Origin: Prasinococcaceae sp. CCMP 1430 | Taxonomy: Eukaryota; Plantae; Prasinodermophyta | Direction: 5' to 3' | Length of the DNA: 60,749 nt | Assembly (NCBI GenBank): GCA_013416795.1 | Contig: RQSC01000023.1 | Coordinates: 25,323-86,071 of the forward strand | Program-made: the position numbers and the translations under genes | The notes under the pieces: model-generated | Told to the model about the DNA's origin: nothing | Seen by the model: the letters and a program-made list of their open reading frames with translations, nothing else | The model's database searches: none | In this document: in pieces, positions 1 to 11,526 of the stretch | Numbering within the stretch: position 1 is the first letter of the stretch | Layout of the letters: each line of letters starts with the position of its first letter

Positions 1-24
1 GCCGCGTGGGCCGCCGGCCGCGGC

Positions 25-2973
25 GTGCGCGTCGCCGCCGTGCGCGCCGCGCCACGGTCGGGGGGAGGCGAAGAGGGCAGCTTGCCGCCGCGGCTGCTCG
101 GAGAGGCTGAGTCCCTGGAAGGGGGGCACGAGGGGCCGGTGACCTCCGTGTGCGTTGCGGACGAGACTGGCGGGCCGGCGGACGGACGCCTCGGCGGCGT
201 GCTCGTGGTGAGCGCGTCCGCGGACAGAGTGTGCACGTGGCACCGCGAGCGTTCGACGGCCGAGTGGGTGCCGACTGTCGTGTGCACGCCCGACGCGCCG
301 GTGGAAGCGCTCGTGCTAGATGCGTCGCGCGCACGCCTCGCGGTGTGCGCTGGTGGCGACGTTTTGGTCGTGCAGCTCGTGTCAAGCACGACCGAGTACC
401 GCCTCGAGGCGCACGCTGGCCGCGCCGCAGCCGCGTGCTTCTGCGCGCCGCACTTCCCGGACGTGCTGGCCACGGCGGGGGAGGATCGCACCGTTTGCTT
501 CTGGGACCTCTCTGCAGGACGGCTGCTCTACCGCTCGTGCGTGCTCGGCGCGTCGCCACTGCGGTCGCTGGCTGTCGACCCGGCCGAGCCAAGGCTCGCC
601 GTTGGCGCCGACGACGGGGCGGTGCGCTTCTTCGATGTTCGCGAGCTGCCCGCCGTGCGCGAGATGTGCCGCCTGAGCCTCGTCAAACTTGTCGCCGCCG
701 ACGTCGCTGCCGCGGCCGCTGCTGAGGCGGCCGGAGCCGCGTTTGGAGGGGAAGCATTGGCGCCTTTGCCTCGAGTGATATCGGCGGCACCTGCGTGGCA
801 AGCGCCGAGCGCGGCCGCGCAGGCAGTCGCCGACGTGCATGCCGTTCGCGAAGAGGCCGCCGAGAACGCCGCAGAGGCCGCCAAAGGCGCCAGCTATGCC
901 GTGCTTGCCATGCAATACATGGAAGTGGCGATCACGCGACCGGGCCGGAGCGCTCTTGACCAATACTCACTTCCTTCAGAGCGCGAGGCGGCGGCGACCG
1001 CAGCGGCTCTGGGCGTCTCGCGCGTGGGGGCTGGCGCACTCGCGCTGCCTCGTCCACCAACGCTGTACGTTGCCACCAGCCGAGCCGTCACGCTGCTCAA
1101 CGCGCGCACCTACGAAACGCTAGCGGTTGTGCCATTCAGGGCGCCGCGAGTGCGTGCCTCTACTGGCGGCGGCGGGGTCGCTGATCCCTGCGGTGCCTTG
1201 GCCGTGGCCGAGGCTCGGGCGTCACGTGGGCTGCCGCGGGTTCACGGTGCGCTCCAGGCCGACACAGCGCGTTGCGCTGCGTTCGGCGGGATTGACGGGG
1301 CGGCTGTGTGCCTGCTCGCAGGCGCTTTCAGTGCTGATGTGACGGTCGCTCGCATCGACGCCGAGAGTGCGCGCGATGGCACCTGCGATGGCGCTGCAGG
1401 TCCACACGATTGCGCCGGTGGCGCCACCGCTGCGTTTGGAGCGCTCGCGCTCGGTGGTGCCGGGGCCGCCGATCAGCACGGCGGCGCAGACGCCGCGCTC
1501 TCAATCTTTCCGACTGCCGAGCTGCCACTGAACTCGCCCCTCCGTGTGGGGCAAGCGGCCAGCGTCAACTCGAGCGCGGGCGCTCTGGAGCGCGGCGCAC
1601 ACACTACCAACAGCGCCCCGAGCAGGCGGCAGAGCGCCGGAAGGAACGACAGCGGCAGGCCTGGCAACAGGCCAGTGACATTCCGCTCGCGCATCAAGTC
1701 CTCCGGCTACGGCTCGGAGGCGCCTTGGCGCAAGCCCACAACTGCGAAGGTCGCCAAGAGGAAGGGCAGCGGGGCGATCAAGGGGCCGAATGGTGGCAGC
1801 GCGCTGCCCCGGCAGTATCCGCTCGACTCGGAGCCACCGCTGTGCTACCAGGCCAAACACGCCCTGCCTGACAACGCGCCCGTGCACGGGGGAGCGATCG
1901 TGCGCCTTGCCTTCTCGCCCGACGGCGCGCGCCTGGTCACCGCGAGTGCCGACAAGACCGCGCGCTGTCTGCGTCTGCCGATGAGTCGCCACGCCGGCGA
2001 TGGCACCGACTTCATAGGTCACACCGCGGGGGTGTCAGACGCGCGCTGGTCGCACTGCGGAGGGCTCGTGCTGACGTGCTCGGCCGATCGCACCGCGCGC
2101 CTGTGGCAGGCGGGAAGGTCTGACCCGCTGCTCGAGATGCGCTGCTCAGACGGGGGCAAGCTCGGCGGCGCCGCGGGGGCTGGCCACGTGCCACTGGGCG
2201 CCAAGGAGGACTTCCTCCACGATGTGCGTGCCGCGCAGTTTATCATGTGCGACCGGAAGATCCTGCTCGCGTGCGGCGCAAAGCTGCTTCTGTACCGGTA
2301 CGACCTGGGGGACGCGGCGGCGTCCGCCGGCGGCCACAGCGGGAGCGCCGGCGGTGGTACCCAGGCCAAGTCGGGCTGGTACGACATCAGCTCAAGCGCG
2401 CCGCCGCGCAAGTACAAGCTTGTGCACGAGTACCCCGTATCGGCGCAAAGCGTGCTCGACGTTGCGTGCGCCAATGGCATCGCGAGCCGGTTGGCGGTGG
2501 TGGCGTGCTCGAACAGGTCGCTCGAGGTGCACGACTTGGGAGCGTGCCGCGTGGCGCGCACTGTACCCGATGCACACGCGCGCGCCCCGCACTGCGTGCG
2601 CCTCAACGCGCCCTCGCGCTTCGCGTCGCACGCGCCAGCGGCGTACGAGCTCTTCGCCACGGCGGCGGCGGATGGGACTGTGCGGCTGTGGGACATGCGC
2701 CAGGAGCGATGCGCGCGTTGCTTCGCGGGCCATGCGGGCGCACGAGGCGCGGCGGGCGCTGGAGTGGCCTTCAGCCCTTGCATGCGCTTCCTCGCCGCGG
2801 GTGGAGAAGACAAGGCCGCGACGCTGTTCGACCTGCGCACGGGCAGCGTGCTGAGCAAGCTGAGGGGCACGCACACCGACGCCGTGACCTCCGTGGACTT
2901 CCACCCCGTCCACCCGCAGGTGGCCACCGCCTGCTTGGATGGCAAGGTGCGCTGGTTCGCCGACGCCGCGTAG
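25..2973 (+). CDS. WDR27: WD40-repeat protein, WDR27-like (5' end may extend beyond the window)
   Basis: The C-terminal WD40 array follows the WDR27 pattern: HGGAIVRLAFSPDG, GHTAGVSDARWSHCG, AAQFIMCDRKILLACG, NRSLEVHDLG, YELFATAAADGTVRLWDMR, GVAFSPCMRFLAAGGED, HTDAVTSVDFHP. TGTAA at 3046-3050. Confidence 0.8.
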   Translation: MRVAAVRAAPRSGGGEEGSLPPRLLGEAESLEGGHEGPVTSVCVADETGGPADGRLGGVLVVSASADRVCTWHRERSTAEWVPTVVCTPDAPVEALVLDASRARLAVCAGGDVLVVQLVSSTTEYRLEAHAGRAAAACFCAPHFPDVLATAGEDRTVCFWDLSAGRLLYRSCVLGASPLRSLAVDPAEPRLAVGADDGAVRFFDVRELPAVREMCRLSLVKLVAADVAAAAAAEAAGAAFGGEALAPLPRVISAAPAWQAPSAAAQAVADVHAVREEAAENAAEAAKGASYAVLAMQYMEVAITRPGRSALDQYSLPSEREAAATAAALGVSRVGAGALALPRPPTLYVATSRAVTLLNARTYETLAVVPFRAPRVRASTGGGGVADPCGALAVAEARASRGLPRVHGALQADTARCAAFGGIDGAAVCLLAGAFSADVTVARIDAESARDGTCDGAAGPHDCAGGATAAFGALALGGAGAADQHGGADAALSIFPTAELPLNSPLRVGQAASVNSSAGALERGAHTTNSAPSRRQSAGRNDSGRPGNRPVTFRSRIKSSGYGSEAPWRKPTTAKVAKRKGSGAIKGPNGGSALPRQYPLDSEPPLCYQAKHALPDNAPVHGGAIVRLAFSPDGARLVTASADKTARCLRLPMSRHAGDGTDFIGHTAGVSDARWSHCGGLVLTCSADRTARLWQAGRSDPLLEMRCSDGGKLGGAAGAGHVPLGAKEDFLHDVRAAQFIMCDRKILLACGAKLLLYRYDLGDAAASAGGHSGSAGGGTQAKSGWYDISSSAPPRKYKLVHEYPVSAQSVLDVACANGIASRLAVVACSNRSLEVHDLGACRVARTVPDAHARAPHCVRLNAPSRFASHAPAAYELFATAAADGTVRLWDMRQERCARCFAGHAGARGAAGAGVAFSPCMRFLAAGGEDKAATLFDLRTGSVLSKLRGTHTDAVTSVDFHPVHPQVATACLDGKVRWFADAA

Positions 2974-3045
2974 GCCCGGAGCGCGCGCGCTGGCACAGGC
3001 ATGGGCGCGCTCGCGTCTCTGAACCAATCGATGGCGAGTGTTATT

Positions 3046-3050
3046 TGTAA
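3046..3050 (+). promoter_or_regulatory. TGTAA green-algal polyadenylation signal (example; also 7840, 24399, 34614 on +, and 11499, 32133, 47320, 50650 on -)
   Basis: The motif recurs shortly after stop codons on the coding strand of 8 genes in an otherwise AT-poor sequence. Confidence 0.65.
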
Positions 3051-3199
3051 TCAATCCAATGCTACTATGACAATGAATACGACGCGCTGTCGCTGCTGCA
3101 ACCCCGCGCGCGACGCTCGTCCTCGGGCGTGCGGGCGCGCGCGCGCGTCTGGCGAATAGTAAACAAGTACATGTTGCGTGCATGTGGAGGAGATGCCTC

Positions 3200-3986
3200 C
3201 TACCACTTCCGCTGGCGGCCGCCGAACGCCCTGCCGCCCCGTCCTCCTCCTCCGCCGCGGCCGTAGCCGCCGCGGCCGCCACCGGCTTTGCGCGCTCCGT
3301 TGCGCTGCACCATCCGCTCGAGCTCCGCGGGCACCTCCTGGTTGGCATCGGAGAGGATGCGCACGAGCTCCCTGCCGTGGCGCACGTCCTTGGCAGTGAA
3401 GAGCGTGTGCGCCTCGCCGGTGGCGCCCGCGCGTCCCGTGCGACCGATGCGGTGGATGTAGTCCTCCGCCGAGTCGCGCGGGAAGTCCATGTTGAACACA
3501 GCCTTGACGCCGGTGATGTCGAGGCCGCGCGCCGCCACGTCGGTGCACACCAGGGTGAGCACCTTGCCCGCCTTGAATTGGCGCACCGCGTACTCCCTCT
3601 CCTGCTGGGAGCGGTCGCCGTGGATGACCTCCACCTTGTAGCCTTCCTGCCACAGGTGGTCTCCAACGCCCTGCGTGTCGCGCTTGGTGTTGCAGAAGAT
3701 GATGGTGCGCTCCTCCGCCAGCTCACCTCCGGGCGCCAGGGGTTTAATCATCTCCAAGAAGCGCTCCCACTTCTCGTTGGGCTGGCACACGGTCACGTGC
3801 TGCGTGACAGACTTGTTCGCCGTGAGCTTGTCGCCGCCGCTTCCCACAGTCACCTTGACCATGTTCTGGGCGTCCAGGAGGCTGGCGGCCACGCGCTGCA
3901 CGGCCTTGGGCCACGTGGCGGTGTACAGCAGCGTTTGGCGGCCCTTGGGGATGGCCTCCGCGAGCGCCATGATGTCCTTCTCGAAA

Positions 3987-4023
<37 letters not shown>

Positions 4024-4804
4024 GCATCTTGCACTTGGCCACGCTCACCTGGGGGCCGTATCCGGACTGACCGTGCAGGTCCAGGAAGTCGAGCAGCCGC
4101 CCCGGCGTCGCCACCACCAGCCCGGCGCCCATGCGCAGCTCGCGGGCCTGCGGCCCCTTGGGGCTGCCGCCGTAGAGGCACACCGCGCGCGCGCCCACGG
4201 CGCCGCCGAACTTGACGGCCTCGGCGTGGATCTGGAGCGCGAGCTCGCGCGTGGGCGCCATGACCACGGCCACGGGCTCGCGCACGCGCGCGCCCTCGGC
4301 CGCCACCAGCGAGAGCGCCGGCAGCAGGAAGCCCAGCGTCTTGCCCGAGCCCGTCTTGGCGATGGCGAGCAGGTCGCGCCCCTTGACGGCGAGCGGCCAC
4401 GACGCGGCCTGCACCGCCGACGGCTCGGTGAAGCCCTGCGCGCACAGCTTGCTCACCAGCTTGGGCGGGAACGGCGCCTCCGCAAGCTTGAGGCACGGCG
4501 GCGGCGCCGCCGAGCTGTGGACGCGAATCTCGTGCTTGGTCAGGAAATCCTTGATGGCCTGCAGCGGCGCGGCGGCGGCGGTCTTGGCTGCCGGCGCCGG
4601 CGCCCTCTCCGGCGTCTCGGGAGCGGCGGCGGCGCCCCCCTCGGTCTTGGCGCGCTTGGCCTCCTTCTTGGCCTCCTTCTCCGCCTTGCGCGCGCGCTTG
4701 GCCTCCTTGCGTGCCGCGCGCTCCTCGGGCGTCTCGTCCGCCTTCCTCTTCCTCTCCGGCTGGCCCGCCTCGGCCGCCGCGGGCGCCGGCATCACGACAC
4801 CCAT
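3200..4804 (-). CDS. DEAD-box RNA helicase, DBP3/DBP2 subfamily, Lys-rich N-terminus and RGG tail
   Basis: Motifs AKTGSGKT, PTRELA, TPGRL, DEADRMLDMGFE, TATWP, ARGLD, HRIGRTGRAG. ATG at 4804 or 4792; ORF sequence further upstream looks non-coding. Confidence 0.9.
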
Positions 4805-6833
4805 CCTGCCTGCCTGCGTGAGGTCCGAGCCACACGTGGGGTGTGGCACGCTCGCCCCCCGGCGGCCGCCTCCGCCCCCGCGCCCGCGCGGCCACGAACT
4901 CCAGCCGCCGCCAGCCGCCGCCCCGTCGGTCGTCAACCGTCGCCCGTTTCGCCGCCGGCGCTTTCGGCGCGGCCGCCCGCCGCGACCTCGCGCCATTCCG
5001 AATGCGACACTCACTGCATGGTATGCTCGAAACCACGGTTCGTGCACATTTCCCCCCGGCGTCTGCGATTTCGAGTTCGAGGTGGCGCCGGCCGAATTCC
5101 AATCCCAAACATCCAAAGCAAATGCAGCAGTCTGAGTCTGTCTGCGCGTTTTGGCCGGCCCGGAAGGCCGGCCGCAGACCTGACTCACTCACTCATCCAT
5201 CGAAATGCTCTCCCGTGCGTCGATCAATCAATCGACGGGGCGAACGCCGGTTGGCTTCCGCCCCGACCGTTCGCTCGCTGCCAGTCTACGAACGGATCTG
5301 AAGCCGTTGATTGAATGATGGATGTATCCGGCCAGCCAGTGCCCGTCCGTCCGTGTCATCCTGCAATCCCGATCCGATCCTCGGTCGATCGTCGTGCTCC
5401 GCGCGCCAACCGCCGTCCGTCGTCGGCGCCGGCGGGGCTGGTGCGCGATGGGAGCCAGCCTCGCCCGCGCCCCCTCGCGCGCAGCCCGTCTCGTGACCGA
5501 CCGACTCGGCCTGAATGAATGTCAGCAGTGAATGTGAATGACAGCTGAGCGTACGTCATGGCTCGCCCGTGGGCACACACGCACACACTCAGTGCAGTAC
5601 TGATATGCGCGTGTGTGGGATTTGATTGGGCGTTTCGGTTTGCGCGCGCGCCTCCCTGCCTCGCTCCGCGGCGGCCACAGCGCGCGCGCGCGCGCGGCNN
5701 NNNNNNNNNNNNNNNNNNNNNNNNNNNNNNNNNNNNNNNNNNNNNNNNNNNNNNNNNNNNNNNNNNNNNNNNNNNNNGGCCGCTGCTGCCCGCTGCCGCC
5801 GCCCGCCGCCGCTGAGGCGGCACGCCAAGCTCGGGAGCGCGCGGGCCGCCGGCACGAAATTGCGCCCTCCGGAATTCGCCTCAAAAATCGAGGTCTATCG
5901 GACCCACGGGTGACCGATTCTTCGGGCGCTCTCGTTGTCGATGGCGGCGAGCGTTTTTGTTGTTGTTTTTGTTTGGGCGGCATTTATTTGAAAATGGCCG
6001 GCTGCGCGCGCCCAGGCGTGCGCGAGAGCGAGCGAGCGAGCGCGCGCGGGCGGGCGGCCCCGGCCGATGGCGGCGCGGACGCGCGCGCTCGGCGACGGAA
6101 GGTCGACGGGGCCGCCCTTGGAGAGGGCCTTCGCGCCACGCGCCGCAGTTGAGGGACACGTGAAGGGGGGGGGAGCACCGCGCGTGCTGCCCCCTCCCTG
6201 CCACTGTCCGATCGCGCTGCGCAGGCCTCTCTCTCTCTTTTTTTTTTTTGGCCGTTTGCTGCCGCGATTCGCGCGTCGCCGCCGCCTGCCGGCGGCTGAG
6301 GCCTGCAGCGACGCGCAGCGACGCCCAGGGGCGCGTTGCGCTCCGCTGCCGAGCTGCATCGCGCCCACGCTGCCAGGTCGTTGCGTACGCTCGCGAATTT
6401 GATGCGCGTGTGTGTGTGGCCGGGCGGATGTTTGCCGCGAGGGCGCGTGCAGCGGCGCGTGCTGCTGCACCAACGCCGCGCCGCGGACGCGCGCCTACTG
6501 CTGGCTCGCTTGTGCTGCCCGGCGGGCGGGCGGGGGGCATGCCTGATGCCGCCCTCGCCGGCGGACCTTCGCAGCAGCCGTCGCAGAAAAATTGTGCCGC
6601 GCGTGGTCGTACTCCCAGTTTTGAGCGTGCGAGCTCGCCCGCCCCATGGGTTGGCGGACGTGCGCCCCGCCGCAGCCCACGGGGTCGCATCGCAGTGGCC
6701 GAGCCGCCGGCGCCGCCGACGCCGAGCGGATGCACCATGGGCACCCAAGCGCGCTCGAATGCAAATGCGCAGCGACCACGGCGGCTGTGGCGTGTGCTGA
6801 CCCCCGCGCCGTGGACCTGCGCTGCACTCGCAG

Positions 6834-7621
6834 GCGACATCCACGGCCAGTACAGCGACCTGCTGCGCTTGTTCGAGTACGGCGGCTTCCCGCCCGAGGC
6901 GAACTACCTCTTCCTGGGTGACTATGTGGACCGCGGCAAGCACAGCATCGAGACCATCTGCCTGCTGCTCGCGTACAAGTGCAAGTACCCGGAGAACTTC
7001 TTCCTGCTGCGTGGCAACCACGAGTGCGCGTCCATCAATCGCATCTACGGCTTCTACGACGAGTGCAAGCGGCGGTACAACATCCGGCTGTGGAAGACGT
7101 TCACAGACTGCTTCAACTGCCTGCCACCGTGCGCGCTGATCGACGAGAAGATCATCTGTATGCACGGTGGGCTGAGCCCGGAGCTTAAATCGCTCGAGCA
7201 GATTCGCAAGATCAACCGCCCCACCGACGTGCCCGATACGGGCCTACTGTGCGATCTGCTGTGGGCCGATCCCGACAAGGAGGTGAGCGGTTGGGGGGAG
7301 AACGACAGGGGGGTGAGCTACACATTCGGGCACAGCTCGGTCATGGAATTCCTGCACAAGCATGACCTCGACCTCGTATGCCGCGCCCATCAGGTCGTGG
7401 AGGACGGCTACGAGTTCTTCGCGAAGAGGCAGCTGGTCACGCTCTTCAGCGCGCCCAACTACTGCGGCGAGTTCGACAATGCGGGTGCCATCATGAGCGT
7501 CGACAACACCCTCATGTGCAGCTTCCAGATCCTCAAGCCGGCGGAGAAGAAGCAGCACATGCCCGTGGGCATGCGCGGGGCCAGGCCCGGTACGCCGCCG
7601 CGTGGCAAGCAGATGTGGTAG
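6834..7621 (+). CDS. PP1: Protein phosphatase 1 catalytic subunit, main exon (5' exon not visible)
   Basis: GDIHGQ, GDYVDRG, RGNHE, HGGLSP, FSAPNYC and a TPPR tail. Acceptor AG at 6832-6833, with branch point GCTGAC about 30 nt upstream. Confidence 0.95.
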
Positions 7622-8040
7622 ATTGTTTGTCACGCAGTGGCGAGCGCGCGACGGCGGACGCCGCTGCCGCCGCTGCCGCGCACGTCCTCTTCGGCGATCG
7701 TGCGGGCGGTTCCGAATCGCCGCCGACGTTTCTCCCCCTCAGCAGCAAATTCCGCCCGCTCTGCCAGAACGTCGCGGCGGGCGCGGAGCGCGGCCCAGTG
7801 GCGTTGGGCGGAGGCCCGGCAGGTGAGGCGGCGCCACCTTGTAAACCACCAAAAAACACTCACGGACGCGAGCGGGGCGACTCGCAGGCGACGCGCTTCG
7901 CGCGTCGCGAAAGCGCAATGTCTGCCAGCCAGTCTTACATTGTGCACAGGCATCTCATCCGTTCGGTGCGTGCAGAACTGCAGATGATGTCATGTTGAAA
8001 GTGTCGAGCCTACTCGGCGGCGTGCGAGGGCGACCGGCAT

Positions 8041-10086
8041 TCAGGGCGCGGCCGCCCGGCCGCCGCGCTTGACTTTTGAGGCAGCAACGGATTCCGCGAG
8101 GCTCGGCAGGCTGCTATCCTCAACCGCGTCGGTCGGCGCGGTCGGCACGACGCCCCACCCACGCGGTGCAGGCGCCGGCGCCGGCGCCTCCTGCTCGAGT
8201 GCGGGGCCCGGCGGGGCACCCGCAACCTTGGGGCCCTTGGAATCCCCCGTCGCCTCCTGGGCGGGCTCGGCGACCTTCGCCTTGCCACCCGCGCTGCCGC
8301 CCCTGCCACCCTTGTCATTGCCGTTGCTGGTCGCCTTCGCGCCGTCCTTGCCGCCCTTGGCCCTCCTGTCATCCTTGCTGCTGCCCTCGGCCGGCTGCTT
8401 GGACCCCTTCGCCTTGCTGAGCTCCACCTCCATGCTCGCGAGCTTGGCCTCCAGCTCCTTGACGCGATCGCCCTCGCCCTGCGCCTCGGGCTCCGACTTT
8501 GTGAGATCGCGCGTCGACTTGGCGGCAGTGGCGGGGGCTGCGGGCGCGGCTGGTGCGACGTTGCCCGCCAGCACCCCGCGCATGCGGGTGATCGCGCTCT
8601 GCATGCCATCGACGGTGGCGCGCACCTGTGATACGCGCTGCGAGAAGCCAGGGCGCTTGGACGCCCTGCCGCCGCCCATTGAGTCGAAAGTCACCATCGC
8701 CTCGCTCGCGCCCGCCGCGGCGGCCTCAGCGGCGGCCTCCTCGCTGGCGAGAATGTCCTCGAGCTTGCTCGCAGCCTTGGACAGGGCGCCGCCGTCCTCG
8801 ACACCAACGCGAGCCATTTCCTCCATGTCCCTCCGGATGTTCGCCACGCGCACGGTGGCGGTCTCGACCTGCGTGGCCGCGCTCCCAACTTCGCGGGAGC
8901 GAAGCGACACGAACGCGTGCAGCGAATCGAGCGCCGCTTCGGCAGCAGCCTCGATCTCTCCTTTCGACGCCCGCGGGGCACCACCTGCGTCGCTGGAACG
9001 CCCCTGCCCGAGCGCGCCCGAGAGCGATTTGCAGTGCCCCATCACCGCAGCGCAGCGCTCAGCGTAATCTGCGGGTGGGTCTTCGCCCGCGCGCTCGGCA
9101 CCCACCTGGGCGTGCGCCAGCTCGGCTTTGGCTACGGCGAGTGCCGCTTCCGCATCCGCCACGCGCTTGCGCGCCGCCTCCACCGCATCCGCCGCACGCT
9201 GGCTGGCAGTCGGACCGCTCGGCAGCTTGGTCGCCTTGCGCACGGCCGTCTGGAGAGATTCCGCGCTCGCGCTCCCCCCGCCGCCTGCGCCCGCGCCTCC
9301 GGTGAGCGCCTCGAGCTGCTTGGCACGCAGCGCGAAGACCTCACCGGCGACCTTGCCCTGCTCGCTTGTCATCTGAATGCTGTTGATGCCGCGCGCCTCC
9401 AGCGCCTCCAGCGCGGCGGTCTTCTCCGCCACGCGCTGCTCGAGGCCTGCGCCATTGCTGCTCTCCCCGTTTTGCTTGGCCACAACAGAGGCGCGCGCGC
9501 GGGCGGCGCACGCCTTGAGGGCCGCCAGCGCAGCGGGACGCTGCGCGGCGTCGCCGAAGCGCAGCAGCTCGGCGAGATCCATCGCCACCGCCGTGAGCGC
9601 ATCCGCGGCCTCGGGCGAGGAGCAGATCGCGCGCAGCACCGCACCCACGTCGGCTGAGGCCGCCGGCGTCGCGCCGCTCGCGACCGTCGCGGCCAGCGCG
9701 AGGTCGACGGCAGCGCACGACGCCAGCACCTGCGCGAACGCGCGCGGACCCGAGGGCGTGGCGTACTGCTCGCCGCCACCTAGCTGCGTCAGCCAGTCAC
9801 ACCACAGCGCAGCCGCAGCGGTGGGCGTCGACACCTTCGACGCCGCTGCTTCCAGCTGGCGCGCGAGGCTCGCGCCATCCGCCGCCTTCGTCTTGGATTG
9901 GGACCTCGCCTTGGGCTCGGCGCCTTGCTGCTTGCCCGCAGACCCGTGCCGCTGGTGCGGCTGCTGCTGCGACGGCGTCGGCGGCTCTTGCACCGTCGCC
10001 GGTGCGCCGTGCGGCTCCGTCGACGAGTTGGCCTTGGCCTGCGGCTGCTGCCTCCGCTTTCCGACCTGCTGGAAGCCGTCGTCCGC
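8041..10086 (-). CDS. Hypothetical protein with a helical/coiled-coil core and disordered ends (5' exon uncertain)
   Basis: 682-codon open frame with protein-like composition, starting at acceptor ccgcag (10087-10088). No family recognised. Confidence 0.7.
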   Translation of the reverse strand, partial: ADDGFQQVGKRRQQPQAKANSSTEPHGAPATVQEPPTPSQQQPHQRHGSAGKQQGAEPKARSQSKTKAADGASLARQLEAAASKVSTPTAAAALWCDWLTQLGGGEQYATPSGPRAFAQVLASCAAVDLALAATVASGATPAASADVGAVLRAICSSPEAADALTAVAMDLAELLRFGDAAQRPAALAALKACAARARASVVAKQNGESSNGAGLEQRVAEKTAALEALEARGINSIQMTSEQGKVAGEVFALRAKQLEALTGGAGAGGGGSASAESLQTAVRKATKLPSGPTASQRAADAVEAARKRVADAEAALAVAKAELAHAQVGAERAGEDPPADYAERCAAVMGHCKSLSGALGQGRSSDAGGAPRASKGEIEAAAEAALDSLHAFVSLRSREVGSAATQVETATVRVANIRRDMEEMARVGVEDGGALSKAASKLEDILASEEAAAEAAAAGASEAMVTFDSMGGGRASKRPGFSQRVSQVRATVDGMQSAITRMRGVLAGNVAPAAPAAPATAAKSTRDLTKSEPEAQGEGDRVKELEAKLASMEVELSKAKGSKQPAEGSSKDDRRAKGGKDGAKATSNGNDKGGRGGSAGGKAKVAEPAQEATGDSKGPKVAGAPPGPALEQEAPAPAPAPRGWGVVPTAPTDAVEDSSLPSLAESVAASKVKRGGRAAAP

Positions 10087-11526
10087 CTGCGGCGCAGGCA
10101 CGGGCTTCGGGGCGCGGCGCGAGGTGAGGCGCGGGCGCTGGGGTCGGTCAGTGGCTGGGGGCGCGGCGCAAATGGCGACTGCAACGTGCGTGGGGAAGGC
10201 ACGCGCGCGCGCGCGCCCTCCCCCTCCCCCCAACCACCCACCCATCCACCCCGCGCCGCCGCGGCGCATGGGCTGCCGCGGTCGCGGTGCCCCGCCACAT
10301 GGATCCAGCGCGCGCGCGAACACCCGCGCGGCCGCCGCCCAAAGAGCCGCAGCAGAGCCGCGCGCGGGAGCGAGGGGGAAGGATCCGCAAAGCGACCCGC
10401 CCCCCTTCGCTTGGCGCTGCAGCTCGGCGAGCGCGAGCACAGCCGATCCGAACCCACCGCCACCGCCTGCACGCGCGTCCGCCAAGCGCGGCGCAGCGGG
10501 AGCGCCGGCGAGCGGGCACGCGGCGGCGCGCGGCGCCGNNNNNNNNNNNNNNNNNNNNNNNNNNNNNNNNNNNNNNNNNNNNNNNNNNNNNNNNNNNNNN
10601 NNNNNNNNNNNNNNNNNNNNNNNNNNNNNNNNNNNNNNNNNNNNNNNNNNNNNNNNNNNNNNNNNNNNNNNNNNNNNNNNNNNNNNNNNNNNNNNNNNNN
10701 NNNNNNNNNNNNNNNNNNNNNNNNNNNNNNNNNNNNNNNNNNNNNNNNNNNNNNNNNNNNNNNNNNNNNNNNNNNNNNNNNNNNNNNNNNNNNNNNNNNN
10801 NNNNNNNNNNNNNNNNNNNNNNNNNNNNNNNNNNNNNNNNNNNNNNNNNNNNNNNNNNNNNNNNNNNNNNNNNNNNNNNNNNNNNNNNNNNNNNNNNNNN
10901 NNNNNNNNNNNNNNNNNNNNNNNNNNNNNNNNNNNNNNNNNNNNNNNNNNNNNNNNNNNNNNNNNNNNNNNNNNNNNNNNNNNNNNNNNNNNNNNNNNNN
11001 NNNNNNNNNNNNNNNNNNNNNNNNNNNNNNNNNNNNNNNNNNNNNNNNNNNNNNNNNNNNNNNNNNNNNNNNNNNNNNNNNNNNNNNNNNNNNNNNNNNN
11101 NNNNNNNNNNNNNNNNNNNNNNNNNNNNNNNNNNNNNNNNNNNNNNNNNNNNNNNNNNNNNNNNNNNNNNNNNNNNNNNNNNNNNNNNNNNNNNNNNNNN
11201 NNNNNNNNNNNNNNNNNNNNNNNNNNNNNNNNNNNNNNNNNNNNNNNNNNNNNNNNNNNNNNNNNNNNNNNNNNNNNNNNNNNNNNNNNNNNNNNNNNNN
11301 NNNNNNNNNNNNNNNNNNNNNNNNNNNNNNNNNNNNNNNNNNNNNNNNNNNNNNNNNNNNNNNNNNNNNNNNNNNNNNNNNNNNNNNNNNNNNNNNNNNN
11401 NNNNNNNNNNNNNNNNNNNNNNNNNNNCCGCGCCGGCGGGGCGGCCGCCGACCGCGGGGGCCGGCGCGCCGGTGGTGTGTGGTGTGCTCTTGGGAGCTTT
11501 ACAAATGAATGGCGCCCGCTCGCGCC

